NCBI GenBank assembly: GCA_035536575.1
Contig: DATLNW010000014.1
Location: 1-37,915 of the forward strand
From: Lysobacterales bacterium
Lineage (GTDB): Bacteria > Patescibacteriota > Microgenomatia > Levybacterales > UBA12049
DNA: 37,915 bases
Direction: 5' to 3'
Shown here: positions 8,660-16,967 of the stretch, piece after piece
Numbering within the stretch: position 1 is the stretch's first letter
Layout: every line of letters starts with the position of its first letter
The notes under the pieces: model-generated
Database searches by the model: none
What the model saw: only the letters and a program-made list of their open reading frames with translations
Told to the model about the DNA's origin: nothing
Program-made: the position numbers and the translations under genes

Positions 8660-8845
8660 ATGGCTAAGAAATCAAACGTAGTTAAATCACAAAAAAAAGC
8701 AAAATTCTCAACAAGAATTGTTAATCGCTGCGCAATTTGTGGTAGATACAGAGCTTACTACAGAAGATTTGGACTGTGTAGAATTTGTTTTAGAGAAAGA
8801 GCGATGAAAGGAGAGTTGCCGGGCGTGCTAAAAGCCAGCTGGTAG
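8660..8845 (+). CDS. rpsN: 30S ribosomal protein S14, zinc-binding type Z
   Basis: 61 aa, CAICG...CRIC cysteine pairs. Confidence 0.96.
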   Translation: MAKKSNVVKSQKKAKFSTRIVNRCAICGRYRAYYRRFGLCRICFRERAMKGELPGVLKASW

Positions 8846-8847
8846 AA

Positions 8848-8915
8848 CTAGGTATTAGTAATAAGGGTTTAGTGATTAGTACTAACCCCTAAAACCTAAG
8901 CCCTAAAAACTAAAC
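8848..8915. repeat. family A heptad hairpin, copy A2
   Basis: ..TTAGTGATTAGTACTAACCCCTAAAACCTAAGCCCTAA..; ends 3 nt before the rpsH ATG. Confidence 0.85.
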
Positions 8916-8918
8916 ATT

Positions 8919-9299
8919 ATGTATCACGATTTTGTAATTCAATTAAAAAATGCGGCAATGGCCCGTAAAAAAGATATCGTAACGCCTTACGCGAATTTAA
9001 ATAAGGCAATCGGAAAAGCGCTTATTAAAGAAGGGTTTCTCGAGACTGTTAAAGAAGAAACAGAGGACGGCAAGAAGTCTCTAAGCATCCGCCTTCGTTA
9101 TCAAAGACGAAAACCTGCAATTACAGATTTGCTCCTGATCTCAAAACCATCTCTTCGTAAATACGTATCAGCTGATGAGATCGTCAGAATTCAGGGAAAG
9201 GCAACAGTAGCTATTTTATCAACAAACGCAGGTGTCCTATCAGGAAAGGAGGCAATAAAGAAGGGTGTTGGGGGCGAGCTTTTATTCAAGATCTGGTAA
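8919..9299 (+). CDS. rpsH: 30S ribosomal protein S8
   Basis: operon position; LSTNAGVLSGKEA motif. Confidence 0.96.
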   Translation: MYHDFVIQLKNAAMARKKDIVTPYANLNKAIGKALIKEGFLETVKEETEDGKKSLSIRLRYQRRKPAITDLLLISKPSLRKYVSADEIVRIQGKATVAILSTNAGVLSGKEAIKKGVGGELLFKIW

Positions 9300-9333
9300 C
9301 AGGTGTTGTTTAAGTTCATAGTCATACTTTAAT

Positions 9334-9398
9334 ATCAAAGATTAAAAATCAAATATTAAAAATATTTTTGATCTTTTATATTTAATTTTTTATATTTT
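9334..9398. repeat. family B AT-rich heptad hairpin, copy B2
   Basis: 65-nt perfect identity with 8589-8653. Confidence 0.9.
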
Positions 9399-9403
9399 AA
9401 CTT

Positions 9404-9958
9404 ATGTCAAAAATCGGAAAATTACCAATTTCTATTGCAAGCGGAGTTAGCCTTACAACTGAGGGAAAAACAGTTCATGTCACAGGTCCCAAAGGAGTAT
9501 TTACAGTTAATAAGCCTGAGGGAATTGCACTTGAGGTAAATGAGGGGGTTGCAACGGTAACAGCTAAAAATCAAAATGACAAAAAAATAAGATCGCTTTT
9601 TGGAATGTTCCGGGCAAATCTTGCAAATGCTGTAAAAGGAGTAGACTTGGGATTTGAGAAAAAGCTTGAAATGACGGGGGTTGGATATAGAGCTCAAATG
9701 CAGGGAGCTGATCTGGTTCTTTCAGTTGGCTACTCACACCCTGTGAAATTTACACCAAAAGAAGGAATTAAGCTGTCTGTTGCTGACAATGTTATTTCAG
9801 TCGCAGGAGTTGATATAGCACTGGTTGGAGAATTGGCAGCTGAGATAAGATCAGTTCGCCCGCCTGAGCCATATAAAGGAAAAGGAATAAGGTATCAAGG
9901 GGAGCATGTCAGAAGAAAAGCCGGTAAAGCTGCAAAAGCAGCAGGAGCCACCAAGTAA
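9404..9958 (+). CDS. rplF: 50S ribosomal protein L6
   Basis: SKIGKLPI start; PEPYKGKGIRY motif. Confidence 0.97.
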   Translation: MSKIGKLPISIASGVSLTTEGKTVHVTGPKGVFTVNKPEGIALEVNEGVATVTAKNQNDKKIRSLFGMFRANLANAVKGVDLGFEKKLEMTGVGYRAQMQGADLVLSVGYSHPVKFTPKEGIKLSVADNVISVAGVDIALVGELAAEIRSVRPPEPYKGKGIRYQGEHVRRKAGKAAKAAGATK

Positions 9959-10030
9959 ACAATTAACAGTTCACAATTGACAATTAACAAAAGAAAGTTA
10001 ACTGTTAAGTGTGAATTGTAAAAAGTTAAA
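9959..10030. repeat. family I heptad hairpin (ACAATTN / GTTAANN units)
   Basis: ACAATTA ACAGTTC ACAATTG ACAATTA ... GTTAACT GTTAAGT GTGAATT GTAAAAA GTTAAAA. Confidence 0.8.
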
Positions 10031-10033
10031 ATT

Positions 10034-10378
10034 ATGAATATTAAAAATACAAGATTAAAAAGACAAACTAGAATCAGGAAAAACGTTGTTGCTCATTCGG
10101 ACCGGGTACGACTTTGCGTATTCCGTTCAAATAAATATATCTATGCTCAAATCATAGATCAAAAAGGTGATACACTGATGGGTATTTCTGAAAAAGTTTT
10201 GGCAGCAAAAGGAAAAGCAACACCAACTGAAAGAGCAAAAGAGCTCGGTGTGGCAATTGCCAAGTTGGCAATTTCCAAAAAAGTTAAAGAAGTCGCTTTT
10301 GATAAGGGAAGATTTTCATATCACGGGAGAGTTGAGGCAGTAGCAACTGGTGCTCGAGAAGGAGGTTTGAAATTCTAA
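10034..10378 (+). CDS. rplR: 50S ribosomal protein L18
   Basis: RLCVFRSNKYIYAQIID motif. Confidence 0.97.
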   Translation: MNIKNTRLKRQTRIRKNVVAHSDRVRLCVFRSNKYIYAQIIDQKGDTLMGISEKVLAAKGKATPTERAKELGVAIAKLAISKKVKEVAFDKGRFSYHGRVEAVATGAREGGLKF

Positions 10379-10887
10379 TGAGACAAAGACCACAAAACAG
10401 ACTAAATACAACACCAAGTGAGTTTCAGGAACTTATTGTTCAGATCAATAGAGTCTCGAAGAAAACAAAGGGTGGAAATAAAGTTGGTTTTTCAGCACTA
10501 ACTGTTGTTGGGGATAAAAAAGGAAAAGTAGGGGTCGGGCTTGGTAAGGCACCAGATGTAGCAGCAGCAATACGCAAGGGAATTTCACAAGCAAAAAAGC
10601 ATCTGGTTGATGTGCCGCTTGTTAACGGCTCAATACCTTTTAGAATTGATATAAAGCTAGGTGCTGCGCGTATCATGCTAAAGCCTGCTCCTCACGGATC
10701 AGGGGTCATTGCAGGGGGTTCCGTCAGAAGCGTTGTGACCCTTGCCGGAATTGAGAATATTTCATCAAAAGTTTTGGGGACAAGAAATAAGATCAGCAAT
10801 ATTTATGCAACACTTGAGGCACTAAGACGGGTCAGTGAAAGAGGCCAGAAGCAAAAAGACAGAATAGCAGCCAAAAGCAAGGCTTAA
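10378..10887 (+). CDS. rpsE: 30S ribosomal protein S5
   Basis: VNRVSKKTKGG...VVGD motif; TAATG overlap. Confidence 0.97.
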   Translation: MRQRPQNRLNTTPSEFQELIVQINRVSKKTKGGNKVGFSALTVVGDKKGKVGVGLGKAPDVAAAIRKGISQAKKHLVDVPLVNGSIPFRIDIKLGAARIMLKPAPHGSGVIAGGSVRSVVTLAGIENISSKVLGTRNKISNIYATLEALRRVSERGQKQKDRIAAKSKA

Positions 10888-10894
10888 TAAAAAT

Positions 10895-11344
10895 ATGAAT
10901 TTAGGAAATCTTGAAAAAATAACAGCCAAGAAAAAAAGACGTGTAGGACTTGGACACGGTTCAGGACGCGGAAAAACAGCAGGACGCGGAACCAAAGGTC
11001 AGAAGGCCCGTGGCGATGTGCCGCTTGATTTTGAGGGTGGGGCACTTCCTCTTATAAAGCGTCTTCCGTTTCTTCGGGGGAAAGGAAAAAATAAGTCTCT
11101 CAGAAAAAATGCATACACTGTAAATGTAGGTCTTTTAAATTCTTTTCCAAAAAATTCAACTGTTGATATTGAAAGTCTTGCAAAGTTAAAGCTCGTTAAC
11201 CCTGAAGGAGCAAAAGTAAACGGGATTAAAATACTGGGGGATGGGGAATTATCTGTTGCTCTGACAGTTAAATTACCTGCGTCAAAAGGGGCAATTAAGA
11301 AAATAGAAAAAGCCGGAGGAAGCGTACTCAATAGTAAAAAGTAA
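10895..11344 (+). CDS. rplO: 50S ribosomal protein L15
   Basis: RVGLGHGSGRGKTAGRGTKGQKAR motif; only 7 nt after rpsE. Confidence 0.97.
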   Translation: MNLGNLEKITAKKKRRVGLGHGSGRGKTAGRGTKGQKARGDVPLDFEGGALPLIKRLPFLRGKGKNKSLRKNAYTVNVGLLNSFPKNSTVDIESLAKLKLVNPEGAKVNGIKILGDGELSVALTVKLPASKGAIKKIEKAGGSVLNSKK

Positions 11345-11434
11345 ATATTAAATATTAAAAATACATATTAAAAATAAAATATTTTTGATCTTTGATTTGT
11401 ATTTTTGCTTTTTAATTTTTGATATTTGATTTTT
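11345..11434. repeat. family B-like AT-rich heptad hairpin, copy B3
   Basis: ATATTAA ATATTAA AAATACA TATTAAA .. / GATCTTT GATTTGT ATTTTTG .. Confidence 0.7.
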
Positions 11435-11436
11435 GT

Positions 11437-12723
11437 ATGAATAGCTTTCTCGACACTCTCAAAAATGCTTTTAAATCCCAAGAGATCAGAAAGAGGATCC
11501 TCTTTACCCTCGGGATATTTTTGGTTTTCAGATTCCTTGCTCACGTTCCTGTTTCAGGAGTCGATGTAGCGGCACTTAAAAATCTTTTTGCAGGTAATCA
11601 ATTCTTAGGTTTGTTAAATATCTTCTCAGGCGGAACTCTTGCCAATTTCTCAATCATGGCTCTAGGCCTAAACCCATATATTAACGCATCAATCATACTT
11701 CAGCTTTTGACAATGGTTTTTCCAAAGCTTGAGGAGCTGTCAAAAGAGGGAGAATCAGGAAGACGAAAGATAAATCAATATACAAGATTTTTGACAATCC
11801 CCTTAGCTGCACTTCAGGCGATAGGAATGTATGCGCTCTTAAGGAGTCAGGGAATTGTCACGACCCTGCCGCCTATTTCGTTTGTTGCGTTTATAGCAAC
11901 ATTGATCGCAGGAACGATGTTCCTCGTTTGGCTTGGAGAGCTAATTACCGAGAGGGGTGTTGGTAATGGAATTTCTCTTATGATTTTTGCAGGAATCGTT
12001 GGGGGCTTTCCTGTGCTTTTTGGGCAGACTCTTGAGACTGCAACAGCTGAAAATTCACTTAGTCTTATTACATTGATTGTGCTTGGCCTGGTCGTTATCT
12101 CAGCTGTTATTCTGATGACTGAGGCAACCCGTCAAATTACGGTTTTTTATGCAAAAAGAGTCAGAGGGAATAAAATGTATGGCGGTGAGTCGACTCATCT
12201 TCCCCTGCGTCTTAATCAGGCCGGTGTCATACCTATTATTTTTGCAGTTTCGATAGTTCTGCTGCCAACACTTCTGGCCAATTTTTTCAGAACTTCTCCA
12301 AATCCTATTCTTGCAGGTATAGCGCAAAATGTGAATATTTGGTTTGCGCCAAGCAGTATTCCTTATAACCTTTTATACTTTCTTCTGGTTGTTGGGTTTA
12401 CTTTTTTCTATACAGCTATTGTATTTAATCCAAAAAAGATTTCAGAGGAGATCCAGAAGCACGGCGGATTTATACCGGGTATTAGGCCGGGCACTCCTAC
12501 GACAAAATACCTTAATTATATTTTAACCAGAATTACTCTGGCTGGGGCATCCTTTCTCGGACTTATAGCTATCCTTCCTGAAATTGCCAGATCTTTTACA
12601 GGTATACAGACTCTTTTGATTGGCGGAACAAGTATCTTAATTGTAGTCAGTGTTGTGCTTGAAACATTTAAGGCAATTGAGGCCAAACTTGTGATGCGTA
12701 ATTACGAAAGCTTCCTTAAGTAA
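11437..12723 (+). CDS. secY: preprotein translocase SecY (ATG 11437 preferred over the TTG at 11419)
   Basis: 10-TM profile; [15 protein letters not shown] and [10 protein letters not shown] motifs. Confidence 0.96.
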   Translation: MNSFLDTLKNAFKSQEIRKRILFTLGIFLVFRFLAHVPVSGVDVAALKNLFAGNQFLGLLNIFSGGTLANFSIMALGLNPYINASIILQLLTMVFPKLEELSKEGESGRRKINQYTRFLTIPLAALQAIGMYALLRSQGIVTTLPPISFVAFIATLIAGTMFLVWLGELITERGVGNGISLMIFAGIVGGFPVLFGQTLETATAENSLSLITLIVLGLVVISAVILMTEATRQITVFYAKRVRGNKMYGGESTHLPLRLNQAGVIPIIFAVSIVLLPTLLANFFRTSPNPILAGIAQNVNIWFAPSSIPYNLLYFLLVVGFTFFYTAIVFNPKKISEEIQKHGGFIPGIRPGTPTTKYLNYILTRITLAGASFLGLIAILPEIARSFTGIQTLLIGGTSILIVVSVVLETFKAIEAKLVMRNYESFLK

Positions 12724-12728
12724 AATTT

Positions 12729-13268
12729 ATGAAAATAATTTTAATAGGAATTCAGGGATCGGGTAAATCAACACAGGGGAACCTTCTTTCTGAAAAGCTG
12801 GGCCTTCCTTATCTTTCAACAGGCCACATCTTCCGCGATCTAGCCAAAGAACACACACCACTGGGTAGGCAAATAAAAGTTGTTATGAATGTCGGACTTC
12901 TGATTTCAGATGCCAAAACCTTAAAAATAGTAAGTGAGTATTTGAGTCGGCCCGAGTATCAAAATGGTTATATTCTTGATGGATTTCCAAGAACCCTGGG
13001 GCAGGTTAAGGCCTTTAAAAACGGAATAGATAAGGTTATTTATTTAAAAATAACTGACAAAGAGGCACTTTGGAGAATTTCAGGCAGAGATGGTGAAATT
13101 AGAGAAGACGAAACTTTGATGGCTGTTCGGAAAAGAATAGATTCATTTCATAAATTCACAGAACCGGTTCTTGAACACTACAAGAAAAAAGGAAATTTAG
13201 TTGAGGTAGTTGGTGAACAGCCTATTGATAAAATCCACAAAGAGATAATGCAAAAAATTAAAAAATAA
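12729..13268 (+). CDS. adk: adenylate kinase (short form)
   Basis: GIQGSGKSTQ P-loop, ILDGFPRT motif. Confidence 0.93.
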   Translation: MKIILIGIQGSGKSTQGNLLSEKLGLPYLSTGHIFRDLAKEHTPLGRQIKVVMNVGLLISDAKTLKIVSEYLSRPEYQNGYILDGFPRTLGQVKAFKNGIDKVIYLKITDKEALWRISGRDGEIREDETLMAVRKRIDSFHKFTEPVLEHYKKKGNLVEVVGEQPIDKIHKEIMQKIKK

Positions 13269-13957
13269 TGCCCGATAATAAAGGATTTGTAATAGCAATT
13301 GATGGACCTGTCGCCTCAGGTAAAGGAGCCCTCGCACAACAACTTGCAAAAGAACTTAATGGATTCTACTTATATACAGGTGCAATGTATAGATCTGTTG
13401 CTCTGCTGTGTATTAATAAGGGGCTTAACCTGGAAAATGAGAGCGAGGTTGAGACGGTACTACCTGAGCTAAATATTGAATTTGAGGACGACAAGATCAT
13501 TTTGAATGGTCAGGATGTAACTGAGAGATTGAGTAAGCCGGATACGGCAAGTGGTGCCTCAGTTGTCGGGGTTTACCCAAAAATCCGTGCAGAATCTGTT
13601 TTAAGGCAGCAGGAGCTTGGGGAAAAGGCGATAAGTAAGGGTAAGATAGTTGTGGCTGAGGGACGGGATATCGGAACAGTTGTTTTCCCAAATGCCGCTC
13701 TTAAAGTTTATCTAACGGCAAGTCCTGAGGTGCGTGCCCGGCGCCGGATGGAGCAATTTGTGCATCAGGAAAGAAATCTTGAGGCAGAACTTGCGCGTCT
13801 GATTACCCGGGACAGACGGGATACAGAGCGGGAAGTTGGTCCTTTACCCGCTGATCCTGAGAGCCAGGGCTATTTTATATTGGATAATTCGGATCTGAAT
13901 GAGAGGGAAACAGTTGATAAGGTACTTACCGAGCTGAAAAATAGGAATTTAATATAA
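13268..13957 (+). CDS. cmk: cytidylate kinase
   Basis: IAIDGPVASGKG P-loop, YTGAMYR, GRDIGTVVFP motifs. Confidence 0.92.
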   Translation: MPDNKGFVIAIDGPVASGKGALAQQLAKELNGFYLYTGAMYRSVALLCINKGLNLENESEVETVLPELNIEFEDDKIILNGQDVTERLSKPDTASGASVVGVYPKIRAESVLRQQELGEKAISKGKIVVAEGRDIGTVVFPNAALKVYLTASPEVRARRRMEQFVHQERNLEAELARLITRDRRDTEREVGPLPADPESQGYFILDNSDLNERETVDKVLTELKNRNLI

Positions 13958-13964
13958 TTCTTAC

Positions 13965-13980
13965 TACCAATATATTGGTA
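13965..13980. promoter_or_regulatory. perfect 16-nt palindrome upstream of map
   Basis: TACCAATATATTGGTA, 22 nt before the map ATG. Confidence 0.3.
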
Positions 13981-14002
13981 TATTTGCACTGAAGTTTTAC
14001 AA

Positions 14003-14785
14003 ATGATTAATTACAAAACTGCAAAAGAGATTGAAATAATGAAGACCGGAGGCCATATATTGGCTGAGGTTTTAGCTGATGTGATGAGTGCTATAAAACC
14101 TGGAGTTACTGAGTTGGAACTAGATAAATTAGCAGAAAAATTAATAAGAGAAAAGGGCGGGGAGCCCGGTTTTAAAAAAGTAAATGGATACCATCACACA
14201 ATTTGTATGTCTACAAATGATGCTGTTGTTCATGGAATTCCGGGAAATTATAAGTTTAGAGCGGGAGATGTCGTAGGTGTTGACTGCGGGGTATTTTATA
14301 AGGGGTTTCATACGGATATGGCTGAAACTCGGAGAGTCTTGGAGATTAAAGATCAAAGATTAAAGATCAAAGATAGCGAGGAGGAGGTTGAGAAATTTTT
14401 GAAGATAGGTAGAAAAGCTTTAGATGCAGGAATTGAGCAAGCTGTTATTGGGAATAGGGTTGGACATATATCTAAAGTTATTCAGGATATTGTTGAAAAA
14501 GAAGCTGGGTATTCAGTTGTCAGAAGTTTGATCGGCCATGGGGTAGGGCGGGAGCTTCATGAAGAGCCTGAAGTGCCGGGTTATTTAAACGGTAAAATTG
14601 AGAAAACGCCATTGCTTCAAGAAGGCATGACAATCGCAGTTGAGGTGATATACAACATGGGTACAAAAGATGTTGTGCTGGATCATGACGGCTGGACGAT
14701 AAGGTCAAAAGATGGAAGCATGGCAGGACTTTTCGAGCGCTCAATTGCCATCATAAAATCCGGCCCGCTGATATTGACAGCTTGA
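14003..14785 (+). CDS. map: type I methionine aminopeptidase
   Basis: metal ligands in DxVGVDCG, GHGVGRELHEEP, AVEVIY and ERSI contexts. Confidence 0.95.
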   Translation: MINYKTAKEIEIMKTGGHILAEVLADVMSAIKPGVTELELDKLAEKLIREKGGEPGFKKVNGYHHTICMSTNDAVVHGIPGNYKFRAGDVVGVDCGVFYKGFHTDMAETRRVLEIKDQRLKIKDSEEEVEKFLKIGRKALDAGIEQAVIGNRVGHISKVIQDIVEKEAGYSVVRSLIGHGVGRELHEEPEVPGYLNGKIEKTPLLQEGMTIAVEVIYNMGTKDVVLDHDGWTIRSKDGSMAGLFERSIAIIKSGPLILTA

Positions 14786-14812
14786 TAAATCTGAAATAAT
14801 CCTCCATGCATT

Positions 14813-14839
14813 TTGCCGAATGAGGGCTTCTGCTATAAT
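14813..14839 (+). promoter_or_regulatory. promoter of the HD gene (extended -10)
   Basis: TTGCCG-15 nt-TGCTATAAT; ATG 6 nt downstream. Confidence 0.5.
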
Positions 14840-14845
14840 TTTCTC

Positions 14846-15358
14846 ATGGATGACAATATAAGACAAATTCTTAAAGAAAAATTGCATGGAGCTCATGATT
14901 ATTCCCACATTGAACGAATTTTAAAATATGGGCAAAAGATCAATGCAGTCCACAAAGGGAATTGGAAAATTATTGAAGCAGCATTACTTCTTCATGAGAT
15001 AACAAAAAATGATTTATCAAGTATTAAAGAATACTTATCGGATTTTACAGATGAAGAAATTGCAGAAGTAACATATTGCATAGCCAGACATTATGATTTC
15101 GTAGATAAACCTACTAGCTTGGAGGGTAAGATTGTCCAAGACTGTGATATTTTAGACATGCTGGGAGCAGTTGGGATAGCAAGAGGTTTTGTTGCATCTG
15201 GCGAGAAGGGTTTGAATTTAGTAGAAGCAAAAGATGAGTATAAAAAGAAAAGATTAATGGTGATTGATCAATTGAATTTAGATGAATCTAAAAAGATGGC
15301 AGAAGATAAGTCAAAATTTACAATATTATTCTTCGATACTATAGAAGGAGAAATATAA
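14846..15358 (+). CDS. HD-domain phosphohydrolase
   Basis: H..HD (GAHDYSH), LLHEI, ARHYD, DCDILD motifs. Confidence 0.8.
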   Translation: MDDNIRQILKEKLHGAHDYSHIERILKYGQKINAVHKGNWKIIEAALLLHEITKNDLSSIKEYLSDFTDEEIAEVTYCIARHYDFVDKPTSLEGKIVQDCDILDMLGAVGIARGFVASGEKGLNLVEAKDEYKKKRLMVIDQLNLDESKKMAEDKSKFTILFFDTIEGEI

Positions 15359-15389
15359 TTATTACCTAAGGAGCTGTATCGATGCTTTA

Positions 15390-15427
15390 TTTTCCTCTTT
15401 GTAATTTTGAGCCTGGGGTGGTAGAAT
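15390..15427 (+). repeat. direct repeat copy 1 flanking hicBA (contains the promoter)
   Basis: TTTTCCTCTTTGTAATTTTGAGCCTGG..; TTGTAA-17-TAGAAT, hicB ATG 9 nt downstream. Confidence 0.85.
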
Positions 15428-15436
15428 AAATTTAAC

Positions 15437-15763
15437 ATGAAAGCACAAAAATTTCCATTTCGATGTATTGTCTATCAGGAAAAAGACGATTCATTTACCG
15501 GAATATGTCTTGATCTGGATATTGTCGAGGAGGGGCACGCAAGTCTTCAGGAAGCGATTCTTAGTATTCATGACGCGATTGAATCACACATTCAAGCTGC
15601 CGCAAAATTGGGATATCCTAAAGAGCTCATGTCCCGTCCCGCGCCAAAAGAATATTGGGACAGGCTTGATGCGCTTGTTCATGCAAAACCTCAGAAATTA
15701 GACTCTTTGCCTTTTCAGTTTTTCACCACTAGTTCATATCCATCTTCCCCAAGCTATGTCTAA
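15437..15763 (+). CDS. hicB: HicB-family antitoxin
   Basis: N-terminal HicB-like fold signature (F..IVYQEKDDSFTGICLDLD..EGHASLQEA); 8-nt overlap with hicA. Confidence 0.75.
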   Translation: MKAQKFPFRCIVYQEKDDSFTGICLDLDIVEEGHASLQEAILSIHDAIESHIQAAAKLGYPKELMSRPAPKEYWDRLDALVHAKPQKLDSLPFQFFTTSSYPSSPSYV

Positions 15764-16001
15764 ATACAGACCTCTAAAGTACCGCGAAGTTGTAAAAATT
15801 CTCAACAACCTTGGTTTTAAAGCAGAACCTGGAAGAGGCACTTCGCATCAGACATGGACTTTGAATAGAAACGGTAAGAATTTAGCTGTAACGATATTTT
15901 TTCACGGATCAAACCTTGAATTCAGGCCTGGAACACTAAATTCCATTATAAGGCAGTCCGGATTTTCAAAAGACGAATTCTATAAAGCTTTGAAGAAGTA
16001 G
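15756..16001 (+). CDS. hicA: HicA-family mRNA interferase toxin
   Basis: YREVVKILNNLGF...GTSHQTW...H....L.PGTLNSIIRQSG pattern. Confidence 0.8.
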   Translation: MSKYRPLKYREVVKILNNLGFKAEPGRGTSHQTWTLNRNGKNLAVTIFFHGSNLEFRPGTLNSIIRQSGFSKDEFYKALKK

Positions 16002-16009
16002 CTTAGTTG

Positions 16010-16047
16010 TTTTCCTCTTTGTAATTTTGAGCCTGGTTTGCTATAAT
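16010..16047 (+). repeat. direct repeat copy 2 (infA promoter)
   Basis: same 27-nt core as 15390-15416; TTGTAA-17-TATAAT, infA ATG 6 nt downstream. Confidence 0.85.
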
Positions 16048-16053
16048 GTCTGA

Positions 16054-16272
16054 ATGCCTCATCAGGGGTCTTTTGAAACAGATGGAGAAGTCATTGAAGC
16101 GCTGCCGAATACTTTATTTAGAGTAAAGCTTGCCGATGGGTCACTGGTACTTTGTCATCTATCAGGAAAAATGCGGATGCATTTTATAAAAATACTGCCT
16201 GGTGACAGGGTAAAACTTGAGATGACGCCGTATGACCAGGGACGGGGCCGGATAATGTTTAGATACAAGTAG
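16054..16272 (+). CDS. infA: translation initiation factor IF-1
   Basis: [32 protein letters not shown]1-like IF-1. Confidence 0.97.
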   Translation: MPHQGSFETDGEVIEALPNTLFRVKLADGSLVLCHLSGKMRMHFIKILPGDRVKLEMTPYDQGRGRIMFRYK

Positions 16273-16335
16273 GAATTAGTGGTTAGGTGTTAGTGATTAG
16301 TACTAACCCCTAAAACCTAAGCCCTAAGAACTAAC
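16273..16335. repeat. family A heptad hairpin, copy A3
   Basis: GGAATTAGTGGTTAGGTGTTAGTGATTAGTACTAACCCCTAAAACCTAAGCCCTAAGAACTAA. Confidence 0.85.
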
Positions 16336-16336
16336 T

Positions 16337-16450
16337 ATGAAAGTACAAGCAAGTGTTAAGAAAAGATGTATGAAATGTAAAGTGATTAGGCGTTCAGGCG
16401 TTGTGCGGGTGACTTGTGAGAATCCAAGACACAAACAGAGACAGGGGTAG
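16337..16450 (+). CDS. rpmJ: 50S ribosomal protein L36 (not in the ORF track; 37 aa)
   Basis: hand translation [37 protein letters not shown]. Confidence 0.93.
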   Translation: MKVQASVKKRCMKCKVIRRSGVVRVTCENPRHKQRQG

Positions 16451-16555
16451 AGGACATGCGAATTATCACGAATTTACATGCAAATACATGCAAATTTTTA
16501 GATATTAGCATAAATTAGAATATAATTTGTAGAAATTAGCAAATCAATAAATAAA
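16451..16555. repeat. family C hairpin, copy C2
   Basis: CATGCGAATT ATCACGAATTT ACATGCAAAT ACATGCAAAT / ATTAGCATA AATTAGAAT .. AATTAGCAA. Confidence 0.8.
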
Positions 16556-16558
16556 TAT

Positions 16559-16966
16559 ATGAGAGTTGCAAGTGTTACAATACCGGACAGTAAAAGAATG
16601 GATATTGCTTTGACCTATATTTATGGAATAGGAAGAAGTAATGTTTTGCCAATTTTGGAAAATTCCAAAGTAGACGGAGCAAAAAAAGCAAAAGATCTGA
16701 CAGAAGACGAAGTAAAAAGAATCACCAAAGTTCTTGAGACTTACAAAATTGAAGGAGATTTAAAAGCAGATATAGCAGCAGACATAAGACGTCTTAAAGA
16801 ATCAGGTTCATATCGGGGAATCAGACATACCCGTGGTTTACCATCACGCGGACAGAGAACCCGCTCAAATGCCAGAACAAAAAGAGGCAAGAGAGTCACA
16901 ATTGGAGCGATTAAAAAAGAAGTAGCAGCAAAGATGGAAGTAGCAGCAAAGGCAAAGGGTAAGTAA
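16559..16966 (+). CDS. rpsM: 30S ribosomal protein S13
   Basis: ALTYIYGIGRSN, GSYRGIRH motifs. Confidence 0.97.
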   Translation: MRVASVTIPDSKRMDIALTYIYGIGRSNVLPILENSKVDGAKKAKDLTEDEVKRITKVLETYKIEGDLKADIAADIRRLKESGSYRGIRHTRGLPSRGQRTRSNARTKRGKRVTIGAIKKEVAAKMEVAAKAKGK

Positions 16967-16967
16967 T

